A stretch of DNA of 64,000 nucleotides from an uncultured Acidobacteriaceae bacterium (lineage in GTDB: Bacteria; Acidobacteriota; Terriglobia; Terriglobales; Acidobacteriaceae): positions 177,492-241,491 of the forward strand of contig CAWIKQ010000005.1 in the NCBI GenBank assembly GCA_963836675.1, written 5' to 3'. The number at the start of each line of letters is the position of its first letter. Within the stretch, counting starts at the first letter, position 1. The position numbers and the translations under genes were made by a program. Below the pieces are notes generated by a model. That model saw only the letters and a list, made by a program, of their open reading frames with translations. It searched no databases and was not told the origin of the DNA. This document shows, in pieces, positions 38,153-49,111 of this stretch.

Positions 38153-39575
38153 GTGGCAGACACCATTTATGACGTTGCAATCATAGGCAGTGGTCCTGCC
38201 GGTTACACGGCAGCTATTCGCGCGGGGCAGCTCGGACTCAAGACAGCTCTGATTGAATCCGACAACGTCCTCGGGGGGACCTGCCTCCATGTCGGCTGCA
38301 TTCCCACCAAGGCGCTGCTGTTTAACGCCGAACTGTGGGATCACCTGAAGCACGCTGCCGATTACGGCATCGACAATGTCGATGGCCGCACGCTCAACTG
38401 GGACGCCGTTCAGAAGCGCAAGACATCCATCGTCGACAAGCACACCAAGGGCCTCGGCTTCTTGATGAAGAAGAACAAGGTTACCGTGATCTCCGGCTAC
38501 GGACGCCTCACGGGCGGTGCCAAAGAGGGCGTTCACACCGTCGACCTGACGGGAGCCGATGGGACCAAATCCGAGGTAAAGGCGAAGAACATCATCCTCG
38601 CGACAGGTTCTGACGCTAAAGACAATCTTCGGCCTTCAGCCCGATGATCGCATACTCACCAACATCGAGATCCTGGCCATTCCTCAAGTTCCGAAATCGC
38701 TTGTCGTGATCGGTGCAGGCGCGGTGGGCGTGGAATTCAGCTCGATCTTCCGCAGTTTCGGCGCAGAGGTTACGCTGGTTGAATTTCTGCCACGCATCAT
38801 GCCGCTGGAAGACGAAGAGATATCGAAAGAACTTACGCGCGTGTTCAAGAAGCGCGGGATCGACCTCAACACGGGCGCCAAGGTCGAGAAGGTTGAAAAG
38901 ACTGAGACCGGCGTCAAGGTCACCTGGACCGCGGCTAACGGCAAACAGGTTGAAAAGGAAGCTGAAAAGGTGCTCGTCGCGGTGGGGCGCGCCCCTCGCA
39001 TTGCGGATGTCGGCATTGAGAAAACCCGCATCGAGCTCGACCGTGGATTCGTAAAGGCCCATGAAGCTGGAGAGACCGCCGAGCCTGGCATTTTCGCCAT
39101 TGGCGACATCGTCGCCGGGTTCCCGCAACTTGCTCACGTCGGAGCCATGAGCGGCATTGTCGCCGTCACCAAGATTGCCGGCCGTGCTTATCGCGGAGTT
39201 CGCCGCGAACTCATTCCCGCCTGCACGTACTCCGATCCGCAAATTGGTTCCGCCGGACTTACCGAGGCGCAAGCCAAAGAGCGCGGCCTCGAGATCAAGG
39301 TTGGCAAGTTCCCCTTCGCCGGCAACTCCAAGGCAACCATCGTCGGCAGTCATGATGGCTTCGTCAAAATCGTGGCCGATGCGAAATACGGCGAAATTCT
39401 TGGAGTCCACATCATCGGGCCGCAGGCTACCGAACTGATCGCCGAGGCAGTTGCTGTGATGGAACTTGAAGGGACCATTGACGAATTAATGTTCACCATT
39501 CACGCTCATCCGACCATCAGTGAAGCTATGCTCGACGCCTACGCAGCGGTTGAAGGCATGGCCATCAACGCGTAA
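38153..39575 (+). pseudogene. lpdA: dihydrolipoyl dehydrogenase (E3), split by a +1 frameshift at 38618-38620
   Basis: YDVAIIGSGPAGYTAAIRAGQLG, the redox centre GGTCLHVGCIPTK, then ATGSDA. The protein continues in the next frame as KTIFGLQPDD...VIGAGAVGVEF and ends in the HAHPT motif. The likely start is GTG 38153, preceded by GGAG. Confidence 0.85.
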
Positions 39576-39593
39576 TCGGGATCACGAAGAGAA

Positions 39594-42524
39594 TCACTGG
39601 GCGCTCGGCGCCAATTCGATCTTCACCGTTCGGTTGTTCGTGCCGGGCGCGGGTTTCAGCTGAAGCTGAGGGTTCTCCACTGAAGTTGGCAGCTTCATAT
39701 AGCCATCGCATCCCGCATAGGGAGTGCACACAAGCTGAATCTCTCTCAGAATGCGTGCTTTTGATCCCGCCGGAAACACCGGATGGTAGCTGAATGATCT
39801 GACTGCTGGTTCAAAAACCTTGATCGATGCATCTCCACCGATGAATCGGACCTCGGTTGGTTTGCCAGACTCGAAGGACAACGCGAAAAGTGCCGCGCCC
39901 GTTGCCTTGCTCGTGTGCGTGATTTGGCGAAACTCATTGACCTTGTCGAGTTCCGCACGAGGACTGGCGAGGTAGGCTCCGCCAGGCAGCCGGACAGAGG
40001 GCGCATTTACGTTTTTTCCCGCAAGGGCCTGATATCTCGCCGCGATTTTTCCGTCGACTTCGGTTGGATCCTGGATTCCAAGTAGCGGATTGGTTATGTT
40101 TGCAGACTTGCAGAGCAGATAAGTGTGAGCTGCTTGCGTGTTGTTCCCTTGCGCTTCGAATACGCGTCCCAGTTGGAAGCACGATTGCCGGTTCTGACCC
40201 AGGCGCCACGCCGCCTGAATGAAGGTTTCGGCGGTCGGCAGATCACCTGCTTCGAGCGCTATGCGTCCTTTGATCTCCCACCCGAGGCTCAGCATTTGAG
40301 TCCAGTAAAGCGAATGAATGTCTTCGAGAGGAAGCTGCAAAGTTTTAGCCTCGATGGCATCAACAGCCTTGCTGACAGAATCGCGAGCTTTCGCAATCTC
40401 GGCCGCCTCATGCTGTTTCTCATTGCCGAGCAGAGCGTCCGCATCCTGCAACGCTTGAAGCATCTGGGTACGCTCTTCGTCTGTGAGATGCAAACCATAA
40501 CCGCCGAATCCCCTGATCGATGCCACCATGGGCATACCGGGAGATCCTATGGAAGTCATGCGGACAACGTCATCGAAGACGCCTCGACGAAAGCTAAGGT
40601 ATTTATCCCACTGATCCAGTGGAACCTTTTCTTTCTTGAGAATCAGACGCCTTTCGGCGAGAAATTTTCCTTCCTTGAATGAATACGAAGAATGGTACTC
40701 TGCCCAGTCTTCAACCAGGTTTGTGCTCTGAGGAGGGAACGCCGTCCAGCCTTTCGGCAACTGCAGCGAAGACGTGTAGACCGTCTCCCCTGGTGAGCCC
40801 AATTCCACGTCGTCCGCTGGTTTTTTCACAACCACGCCAGGAGCGAGTTCCACGCCCACCGGAGGAAAAGGAGGTGTTAAGCGGCGATCATCCCACTCGC
40901 CATACTTCTCACGCGTGTAGTCATAAGAAAAATGAAGAGGCTGAGAGGTGTCTTCGACGGGAGATACGTCGGAATTCTTAACTTCTCCGGCAAAGCCTGC
41001 AAAGTTCGACATTCGCTGAATAAAAACCGTCCATTGCGATTGGGGTACCTGGCGAAATGCGGCGCGTACGATCAGTTCCGCATCTCCGTGATACGTCTGC
41101 GACAGACGGCCGGTGAACTCGCCTTCAATGGAGAGTGTGCCTGCAGCATCGAACTTCGCCGATTGCGCAAAAGGAAGCACCGCCGGTGTCCGTTCAAGAT
41201 AAGCAGGTTTGCCGGCAGGTATGGCGAGCGCTTGTTTATCGCGCAAGGTCGCGAATAGAGTGCCGACGGGGGCTATCTCGGCAGTCGAATCCATCCAGAT
41301 AAGCTTGCCGTCGAGCGGCACCACGGTGACGACGTGATCGAATTGTGCCGGCGATGGTATCGCGGCATCGAGTTCCCGGGTGCTCGAGATCAGGACAGGC
41401 CACGCTGGAATATCCGCCGCCTTCAACATCACGGCAAGCAGCGTGTGTTTGTCTTTGCAGTCACCATATTGATTTGAAAATACATCGTCGGCTGCATGGG
41501 GCTGATAACGTCCGATTCCGAACTCCAGGCCGACGTAGTGGATATGCAGGGCGACATCATTGAAGATGGCATGGATCTTGGCATCGTTTTCAGACAGACC
41601 CTTGGTCAGCGACGCCACCCTGTTCTGAATCGCCGGCGTCACCACGAGCGCAAGTTGCTGCAGAGATGAATACCAGGCCCCGATCTGTTCCCAGTTTGTG
41701 AAGGTAGTGATCTGTACCGAGGGCTTCCAGTGCTTGAGTGACTTTGGCGGCCCGTCCGGATCAGGACGGGAAAGATTCGAGCTTGCCCAATGGTATTGTT
41801 TGCGACCGTTCACCGTAGAAGTTGATGGTTGAAGATCTGCGCTGGCCACGGTAGCAGCCTTTTCCAGAGGAACGTCCAGATCGAGTTCTTCATCAAGAAC
41901 AATGGCATTCTTCTCAAAGCTGTACTCGGCCCAGAACTGACCGGCGATCTCAGGCTTCAGGGTTCGCACGGTGACATCGTACTCAAGTGTGTCGCCCACT
42001 CCGAGGCCCTTCACCGCGACGTGTTTCTGATGAACGTCTGAGTACATTGGCGCTTCACGGGTCACGTCTGCCGGCATGTCTTGTGTGTTGTAGTCGGGAG
42101 TTACCACGATGGAGCCGTCGGGCTTTTTAACACGGACGTAGCCGACATCGACCTGTTCATTGGAGGATGTGTACGTAAACGTCAGAACCGCCATCTGCTT
42201 TACGCCCGCGTCGGCGAGAATTCGAACCACTGCCGTGGTTTCGCGCGAGCCGGTGCCGTCAGCCTCGAAACTTAGATGCGTCACAATCTTGTCCCACACC
42301 AGTGCCTCTTTGGAGACATCAGGGGCGCTGTGCGCGCCTGCCGGCGAGGAAATCTTATCGGGAGCGGCCGCGGTACGATTCTGGGCGGCCATCGTGATTG
42401 TGCTGCATACGACGAGCACGGAAGCCAAAGCACGAGCCGAAGCCCATGAAAACGAGGCTGATTCAACGCGGGCGAGCGGAGCCAGGTGAGTTTGCATCGG
42501 ATAGGAAGGAACGTATGGAAACAA
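39594..42524 (-). CDS. large secreted DUF3857 / transglutaminase-like protein with a TPR-like C-terminal region
   Basis: Transglutaminase-core-like YGDCKDKHTLLAVMLKAADIPAWPVLI. Signal-like N-terminus. 976 aa. Confidence 0.7.
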   Translation of the reverse strand: MFPYVPSYPMQTHLAPLARVESASFSWASARALASVLVVCSTITMAAQNRTAAAPDKISSPAGAHSAPDVSKEALVWDKIVTHLSFEADGTGSRETTAVVRILADAGVKQMAVLTFTYTSSNEQVDVGYVRVKKPDGSIVVTPDYNTQDMPADVTREAPMYSDVHQKHVAVKGLGVGDTLEYDVTVRTLKPEIAGQFWAEYSFEKNAIVLDEELDLDVPLEKAATVASADLQPSTSTVNGRKQYHWASSNLSRPDPDGPPKSLKHWKPSVQITTFTNWEQIGAWYSSLQQLALVVTPAIQNRVASLTKGLSENDAKIHAIFNDVALHIHYVGLEFGIGRYQPHAADDVFSNQYGDCKDKHTLLAVMLKAADIPAWPVLISSTRELDAAIPSPAQFDHVVTVVPLDGKLIWMDSTAEIAPVGTLFATLRDKQALAIPAGKPAYLERTPAVLPFAQSAKFDAAGTLSIEGEFTGRLSQTYHGDAELIVRAAFRQVPQSQWTVFIQRMSNFAGFAGEVKNSDVSPVEDTSQPLHFSYDYTREKYGEWDDRRLTPPFPPVGVELAPGVVVKKPADDVELGSPGETVYTSSLQLPKGWTAFPPQSTNLVEDWAEYHSSYSFKEGKFLAERRLILKKEKVPLDQWDKYLSFRRGVFDDVVRMTSIGSPGMPMVASIRGFGGYGLHLTDEERTQMLQALQDADALLGNEKQHEAAEIAKARDSVSKAVDAIEAKTLQLPLEDIHSLYWTQMLSLGWEIKGRIALEAGDLPTAETFIQAAWRLGQNRQSCFQLGRVFEAQGNNTQAAHTYLLCKSANITNPLLGIQDPTEVDGKIAARYQALAGKNVNAPSVRLPGGAYLASPRAELDKVNEFRQITHTSKATGAALFALSFESGKPTEVRFIGGDASIKVFEPAVRSFSYHPVFPAGSKARILREIQLVCTPYAGCDGYMKLPTSVENPQLQLKPAPGTNNRTVKIELAPSAQ

Positions 42525-42701
42525 TATCAGAATCCAGGTCGGAATCTGATTCCCTTATCAGGTCAGGTATCGAAGGTAAGAGCACCCGCTTCCGTCCCGG
42601 AAACCAGCCCGCGGGCGTCTAAGCAAAGACGCGCCATGATGGCTCATCTCGGCCGGAGCCTTTAAACTTCAAACGAGTTGAGTTATAGACAGGAGATCCT
42701 A

Positions 42702-43736
42702 ATGAAGGCGCTGGTTAAAGCACGGGCGGAACGGGGGCTCTGGCTTGAGGAGATTCCCGAGCCCACCATGGGCATCAACGACGTGCTCATCCGCGTGAAG
42801 TACACCGGCATCTGCGGCACGGATGTTCATATCTACAACTGGGACGAGTGGGCGCAGAAGACGATTCCGGTGCCCATGGCCATAGGACACGAGTTCGTGG
42901 GCGAGATCGTTGAGGTGGGTTCGAACGTCAACGACTTCTTTCCCGGTGACATCGTGAGCGGCGAGGGCCACGTAGTGTGCGGACGCTGCCGCAACTGCCT
43001 CGCAGGGCGGCGCCATCTCTGCAAGGCAACGCAGGGAGTAGGAGTTAATCGTCCGGGCGCTTTCGCCGAGTTCATCGTGCTGCCGATGACCAACATCTGG
43101 CGACACCATCCCGGCGTGAACCTCGAAGTCGCTGCCATCTTCGACCCCTTCGGCAACGCCGTTCACACTGCGCTCTCTTTTCCTGTTCTTGGCGAAGACG
43201 TTCTCATCACCGGCGCCGGCCCTATCGGCATCATGGCAATTCCGGTTGTCCGGCACGCAGGAGCGAGACATGTTGTCATCACCGATCTCAATCCTTTCCG
43301 GCTCGACCTCGCCCGAAAGATGGGCGCCACTCTCGCGGTCAATCCGTCGGAAGTTCCCCTCAACGAAGTTCAGAAGCAGCTCAAGATGACGGAGGGTTTC
43401 GATGTTGGACTGGAGATGTCGGGCAATCCGCAGGCGCTCGGCGACATGATCGCTAATATGAGTCACGGAGCAAAGATTGCGGTGTTAGGAATCCCTGCAA
43501 AGAGTGCGCCCATCGACCTGCGCACCATCATTTTCAACATGCTCACCATCAAGGGTATCTACGGCCGGGAGATGTACGAAACGTGGTACAAAATGTCGGT
43601 GATGCTGGATTCGGGCCTCGATATCTCGCCGGTGATCACGCATCGCTTCCCGTATAGCGAATATGAGAAAGGCTTTGCCGCGATGACCTCAGGCAATGCG
43701 TGCAAGGTCATTCTCGACTGGACCAACCTGGGCTGA
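42702..43736 (+). CDS. tdh: L-threonine 3-dehydrogenase
   Basis: MKALVKA...[42 protein letters not shown] and the structural-zinc Cys cluster CGRCRNC. GGAG precedes the ATG. Confidence 0.9.
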   Translation: MKALVKARAERGLWLEEIPEPTMGINDVLIRVKYTGICGTDVHIYNWDEWAQKTIPVPMAIGHEFVGEIVEVGSNVNDFFPGDIVSGEGHVVCGRCRNCLAGRRHLCKATQGVGVNRPGAFAEFIVLPMTNIWRHHPGVNLEVAAIFDPFGNAVHTALSFPVLGEDVLITGAGPIGIMAIPVVRHAGARHVVITDLNPFRLDLARKMGATLAVNPSEVPLNEVQKQLKMTEGFDVGLEMSGNPQALGDMIANMSHGAKIAVLGIPAKSAPIDLRTIIFNMLTIKGIYGREMYETWYKMSVMLDSGLDISPVITHRFPYSEYEKGFAAMTSGNACKVILDWTNLG

Positions 43737-43755
43737 TTTGCGGGCCAACAGGCAC

Positions 43756-43788
43756 AAAAAAGACCGTGCACCTCGCACGGTCTTTTTT
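43756..43788. terminator. bidirectional rho-independent terminator between tdh and thrS
   Basis: Perfect 14-bp stem aaaaaagaccgtgc / gcacggtctttttt with a 5-nt loop. A-tract and T-tract on either side. Confidence 0.85.
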
Positions 43789-43795
43789 GTCGTCA

Positions 43796-45835
43796 CTACA
43801 GTTCGGTTGATTTGCTCTCGACTAACGCCCTGGCTTTCGCAATGAAGTCGGCGAGCGGGATCGATCCCTGGTCGCCCTTGCCGCGCGTCCGAACACTGAC
43901 TGATCCGGCAGCCTCTTCCTTGTCGCCGAAGACCAGGATGTACGGAATCTTCTGGTTGGCGAGGTCACGGATTTTCGCGTTCATCTTCTCGTTGCGCGCG
44001 TCCACCTCTACCCGGAAGCCGGCGGCCTTTAGCTCTGCCTCGACCTTCGCAGCATACGCCGTGTGTCGCTCGCTGATGGGTACCAGTCCGACCTGCACTG
44101 GCGCAAGCCAGAATGGAAATGCTCCTCCGTAATGCTCGATGAGTACGCCGAAGAAGCGCTCCACCGAGCCGAACAAAGCACGGTGCACCATCACCGGCTG
44201 GTGGCGTTCGCCATCTTCGCCGACATACTCAAGTTCGAAGCGAGCAGGCAGGTTGAAGTCGAACTGCACGGTCGAGAGCTGCCAGAGACGGCCGAGCACG
44301 TCCACCAGCTTGATGTCGATCTTCGGCCCATAGAATGCAGCTTCGCCGGGGATCGTCTTGTACGGGATATTCTTGGCATTCAATACATTTTCGAGCGAAC
44401 TGATCGCCAGTTTCCAATTCTCGTCTGACCCTGTGTAATGGGCGCGGTCGTTCGGGTCCCACGTGCTCAATTCGACCTTGTACTCATTGAAGCCGAAGGT
44501 GTGGAGCACCGCCTCGGCAAAGTCGATGCACGCGGCAACCTCGCTCTCGATCTGGCCGGGCATGCAGAATATGTGCGCGTCGTCCTGCGTGAAGCCGCGT
44601 ACACGCAGAAGGCCATGCATCGTCCCCGAGCGCTCGTAACGATAAACGTTGCCCAGTTCGGCATAGCGCTGCGGCAGGTCGCGATAACTCTTAGGCGTAT
44701 TCCGGTAAACAAGAATGTGTCCCGGGCAGTTCATGGGCTTCAGCCGGTACTCGGCATCGTCCAGTTCCATCGGCGTATACATGTTCCCGGAGTAGAAACC
44801 TTCGTGACCGCTCACCTTCCAGAGTTCGCGGCGCATCACGTGTGGCGTATACACCATCAGGTAGCCTCGCCGTAGGCACTCCTCGCGCATCCAGTCTTCC
44901 ATCACCTTGCGCACCATCGCGCCCTTGGGATGCCAGAAGATCAGACCCGCACCGGCCAGTTCCTGTATGGAGAACAGGTCAAGCTGCTTGCCCAGCACTC
45001 GATGGTCGCGCTTAGCGGCCTCTTCGAGCCGCGCGAAGTGCGCGTCCATATCCTTCTGCGAGAAGAATGCGGTGCCGTAAATGCGCTGCAGCTGCGGATT
45101 CTTCTCGTCGCCGAGCCAATAAGCACCGGCCAGGGACGTCACCTTTACGGCCTTTACGCGGCCCGTAGAAGGCACGTGCGGACCACGGCAGAAGTCCACG
45201 AATTTGCCGTTGCGGTAGAAGCTGACCTGGGAGCCGGGCTCCGTGAACCTGGTCACGAAGTGCGTTTTCATGAAGTCGCCGTCTTTATCGAATTCTGCCA
45301 GCGCCTTCTCCCGAGGCTCGTATTCACGCACAAACTTCTCATCCCGCGCGACGACTTCAGCCATCTTCTTCTCGATTGCAGCCAGGTCATCCGGGGTGAA
45401 CGGCTTTTCGCGATAAAAGTCGTAAAAGAAACCAGAGTCCGTGGCTGGACCGTGGCCAAGCTTTGTCTCGGGGAAAAGCTCAAGCACCGCTGTAGCCAGA
45501 ACGTGAGCAGCCGAGTGGCGGACAACCTTAAGCGCCTCAGGATCTGTCTCTCTCACCAATTCAAGCTTGACGTCTTCGTTGAGAGGTGTGGAAAGATCGA
45601 CCAGCCGCGACGCCGAGTTGTCCTCGGCCGCGTACATCGCCGCCTCCGAATCGCCCTCGTTCGCCGTTTTATCTTGCGCCGACGCATTCACGGGAGTCAG
45701 GCGGGCCACGACCGAAGCCGCCGCAAGCCGCGGCGAAATGGCGTTAGCTATCTCCAGAGGCGTCGTCCCAGCAGCTACTTCCTTCACCGATCCATCGGGT
45801 AAATGTATGGCGATAGATGACTTGCTCATGATCAA
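43796..45835 (-). CDS. thrS: threonine--tRNA ligase
   Basis: TGS-like N-terminus, editing HxxxH (HSAAHVL), class II core (RYERSGTMHGLLRVRGFTQDDAHIF), anticodon-binding end. Confidence 0.95.
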   Translation of the reverse strand: MIMSKSSIAIHLPDGSVKEVAAGTTPLEIANAISPRLAAASVVARLTPVNASAQDKTANEGDSEAAMYAAEDNSASRLVDLSTPLNEDVKLELVRETDPEALKVVRHSAAHVLATAVLELFPETKLGHGPATDSGFFYDFYREKPFTPDDLAAIEKKMAEVVARDEKFVREYEPREKALAEFDKDGDFMKTHFVTRFTEPGSQVSFYRNGKFVDFCRGPHVPSTGRVKAVKVTSLAGAYWLGDEKNPQLQRIYGTAFFSQKDMDAHFARLEEAAKRDHRVLGKQLDLFSIQELAGAGLIFWHPKGAMVRKVMEDWMREECLRRGYLMVYTPHVMRRELWKVSGHEGFYSGNMYTPMELDDAEYRLKPMNCPGHILVYRNTPKSYRDLPQRYAELGNVYRYERSGTMHGLLRVRGFTQDDAHIFCMPGQIESEVAACIDFAEAVLHTFGFNEYKVELSTWDPNDRAHYTGSDENWKLAISSLENVLNAKNIPYKTIPGEAAFYGPKIDIKLVDVLGRLWQLSTVQFDFNLPARFELEYVGEDGERHQPVMVHRALFGSVERFFGVLIEHYGGAFPFWLAPVQVGLVPISERHTAYAAKVEAELKAAGFRVEVDARNEKMNAKIRDLANQKIPYILVFGDKEEAAGSVSVRTRGKGDQGSIPLADFIAKARALVESKSTEL

Positions 45836-46009
45836 AAAACCAGCCCTTCAGTTTTGAGGAGTCTTCAAGATCTACGTCTTAACCCTAACAGGATAGTTGC
45901 GATAGCCCCTTTGCGTCGAGACACATAAGAGGTATTGAGGGCCCTCAGAAGCGGCGCCCAACCCCGCGGCACCTCCAGGAATCTGTTTCTATGAAAGGAA
46001 TTTCGTTGC

Positions 46010-46486
46010 ATGCGGTGGTTATTGCTCGTTTTTTGGATAGTCGGATGTCTTGCCCTCGGCGGCCTTGGAGGCATATGGACGGGTCGTGAGATCCCGGGTT
46101 GGTACAGAACTATCAAGAAACCGTCGTTCAACCCACCCAGCTGGGTCTTCGGCCCAGTTTGGACGACGCTCTACATTCTTATGGCAATCTCTGCCTGGCT
46201 GGTAACGGTGTCTTCCGAGTCGACGCTGCGGACAGTTGGCCTCGGGATGTTCGTTGCCCAGCTCATGCTCAACCTTGCCTGGAGCTGGATCTTCTTCCAT
46301 AAGCACGCCATTGGTTCTGCGGCGGTCGAGGTTGGATTGCTCTGGTGCGTGATTGGAGCGACTACTCTCGTGTTCAGCCGTGTCTCGTTGATCGCAGCGG
46401 GGCTGATGCTTCCTTACTGGGCCTGGGTCAGCTTTGCATCGATCCTGAACGTCACCATCTGGCGGCTGAACCCGAACGCAGGTTGA
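46010..46486 (+). CDS. tspO: TspO/MBR family tryptophan-rich sensory protein
   Basis: WYRTIKKPSFNPPSWVFGPVWTTLYILMAISAW, five TM segments, 158 aa. Confidence 0.85.
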   Translation: MRWLLLVFWIVGCLALGGLGGIWTGREIPGWYRTIKKPSFNPPSWVFGPVWTTLYILMAISAWLVTVSSESTLRTVGLGMFVAQLMLNLAWSWIFFHKHAIGSAAVEVGLLWCVIGATTLVFSRVSLIAAGLMLPYWAWVSFASILNVTIWRLNPNAG

Positions 46487-46674
46487 CCCGCATCTTGCCA
46501 CTGCCCAAGCCTGGGGAATACGCTGTTAATATGCATCGATGTCGCTAACACCCTCTCTGGTGTCTGCCGCTCTGCAGGCGTGTGATTCTTTCGCACGGCT
46601 CTCTCGTGATCCTCAACCTTCCACTGAATCCAATCGCCTCCAGGGGCATCTCGCCGGATTGAAGGAGCCATTGC

Positions 46675-47649
46675 ATGGCACGAATCGCCAATGACGTGAC
46701 GGAGCTTATCGGACACACTCCGCTGGTGAAATTGAATCGCGTAGCTGCCGGACTGCCGGCTACCGTAGTAGCCAAGCTTGAAAGCCAGAATCCGTTGGCA
46801 AGCGTGAAGGACCGCATCGGATTCGCCATGATTGACGCGGCTGAAAAATCGGGCAAGATCAGCCCCGGCAAAACCGTTCTCATCGAGCCCACGAGTGGTA
46901 ACACCGGCATCGCTCTCGCTTTTGTCGCAGCCGTCAAGGGATACAAGCTGATCCTCACGATGCCGGAAACCATGAGCATTGAGCGCCGGGTGCTGCTGCG
47001 GGCCTTTGGCGCGGAGATTGTCCTGACCCCGGGACCGAACGGCATGAAGGGCGCCATTGCCAAGGCCAATGAGATCCTGGCCAGGACACCGAACGGCTAC
47101 ATCCTTCAACAATTCGACAACCCAGCCAATCCTGCTGTTCACGTCAGGACCACGGGCCCGGAAATATGGGAAGACACCGACGGCAAGGTGGACATCCTCA
47201 TTTCCGGAGTAGGCACCGGGGGAACGCTTACCGGGGTGTCTACCTATATCAAGGAGCGTAAACCGGAGTTCAAAGCCATCGCCGTCGAGCCGACTGACAG
47301 CGCAGTGCTCTCCGGAGGCAAACCGGGTCCTCACAAGATTCAGGGAATTGGGGCCGGATTCGTGCCTGGGGTGCTCGACACGAAACTCATTGACGAAGTG
47401 GTCCAGGTGACGAACGACGAATCCATCGCCATGGCGCGCCGCCTCCCGCTGGAGGAGGGTCTCTTCGTCGGCATCAGCTCGGGTGCTGCAGTTGTGGCCG
47501 CTCTAAAGGTCGCCGCGCGACCTGAGAACGCAGGCAAGCTCATCGTTGCTGTGCTTCCCAGTTTCGGCGAGCGTTATCTTTCGAGCATCCTGTTCGATTC
47601 GCTCCGCCAGGAAGTACTGGCTTTGCCGACGCAGACAGTTAACCTGTAA
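46675..47649 (+). CDS. cysK: cysteine synthase A (O-acetylserine sulfhydrylase)
   Basis: [15 protein letters not shown]-lysine motif [31 protein letters not shown]. Confidence 0.95.
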   Translation: MARIANDVTELIGHTPLVKLNRVAAGLPATVVAKLESQNPLASVKDRIGFAMIDAAEKSGKISPGKTVLIEPTSGNTGIALAFVAAVKGYKLILTMPETMSIERRVLLRAFGAEIVLTPGPNGMKGAIAKANEILARTPNGYILQQFDNPANPAVHVRTTGPEIWEDTDGKVDILISGVGTGGTLTGVSTYIKERKPEFKAIAVEPTDSAVLSGGKPGPHKIQGIGAGFVPGVLDTKLIDEVVQVTNDESIAMARRLPLEEGLFVGISSGAAVVAALKVAARPENAGKLIVAVLPSFGERYLSSILFDSLRQEVLALPTQTVNL

Positions 47650-47662
47650 CGAAAGGTTTTCC

Positions 47663-48393
47663 ATGTTCGACAGGATTCGCGAAGACGTTCGCTCGGTTCT
47701 TGAGCGCGACCCGGCTGCGCGTTCCCGGGTCGAAGTCCTGCTCTGCTATCCGGGACTTTGGGCGGTTTGGATTCATCGCATCTCTCATCAAGCTGTGGCG
47801 CATGAAGCTGCGCCTCCTCGCACGGCTTCTGTCGCAGGCAGGGCCGATTCCTAACCGGCGTAGAGATTCACCCAGGAGCACTGTTGGGCCGCCGTCTGTT
47901 TATTGACCACGCAACCGGGGTGGTAATCGGAGAGACCGCGATTGTGGGCAGCGATGTCACTCTCTATCAGGGAGTGACGCTTGGCGGTACCGGCAAGGGG
48001 CATGGCAAGCGGCACCCGACTCTGTGTGATGGCGTTTTCGTCGGCAACAACGCCAACGTACTTGGCAACATTACCATCGGCCAAAACTCGCGCGTGGGAG
48101 CGGGTTCTGTTGTGCTCACCGATGTCCCGCCTAACTCCACCGTCGTCGGGGTGCCGGCCCATATCGTGTATCGCAACGGGCAGCGAATTCTCATCACCGA
48201 TCCGCACGATATCAAAGATCCGCTCTCGGACGTTCTGATTGCTCTTTCAGCCCGTGTCGAAGAACTCGAAGACAAGCTTGGCGCACATGTTCGCCGCGTA
48301 GAACCATTTGCTACTGAAGAGGCAGAACGTGCGGCCTACCGGCAGGAACTCAACAAGCTCTCTGAGTACGTATCGATGGGAGAAGGGATCTAG
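47663..48393 (+). pseudogene. cysE: serine O-acetyltransferase, broken by two successive +1 frameshifts
   Basis: The protein is spread over three frames. [42 protein letters not shown], then [18 protein letters not shown], then [30 protein letters not shown] plus the hexapeptide repeats. Confidence 0.85.
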
Positions 48394-48407
48394 AGATCTC
48401 ACATGGG

Positions 48408-49106
48408 ATGGATATAATCACCCCAGTCTCCGGGAGAACCTTTCGCTTTGCCCTCGAACGGTAAAGGACCGTCCAGAAACGGAATCCGCCGCAATGGCCG
48501 CCAGACTTTCGGCCTGTCGCCGGACAGGACATCCGCACGCTCCGTGCGCTCAAAACGCCCGCCAGCATCCAGAGGTTCGTCGACGCGCTGGAATACCAAT
48601 ATGCCAATACGGCGTGGTCGCCGCAACGGGTGTTGCGCGAACGCAAGGGTCACTGTCTCGAAGGAGCGCTGATTGCCGCCGCCGCTCTGAGGGTCAATGG
48701 ATATCCGCCGCTCCTGATGGATATGGAGGCTGTGCACGATGACGATCATGTGCTTGCGATTTATCGAGAAGGCGGGCTGTGGGGCAGCATTGCGAAATCC
48801 AATTTCGCAGGTCTGCGATTCCGCGCGCCCATCTACCGGACGCTGCGCGAACTGGCACTCAGCTACTTTGATAACTACTACAACCTGCGCGGCGAACGAA
48901 CTCTGCGCGCTTACTCAGTCGCGGTGAACCTTGCGCGGCTCGACAGTCGTGACTGGATGACCTCAGAAGAGGACGTCTGGTGCGTGCCGGAGCTTCTCAT
49001 TGCCGCGAGACACCACCCTCTCTTTGCGCACAAAGTCGCACGTGCCCTCCCCCGTCTCGATCGCCGCAGCTTTGAAGCTGGGATGCACGGATGGGTCAGG
49101 CACTAG
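48408..49106 (+). pseudogene. transglutaminase-like (Cys-His-Asp) superfamily protein with an in-frame TAA at codon 19
   Basis: ATG 48408 gives MDIITPVSGRTFRFALER, then TAA (48462-48464). The same frame continues ...IRTLRALKTPASIQRFVDALEYQYANTAWSPQRVLRERKGHCLEGALIAAA...DDDHVLAIY. There is no ATG/GTG/TTG between the TAA and GTG 48630. Confidence 0.55.
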
Positions 49107-49111
49107 AAGGC

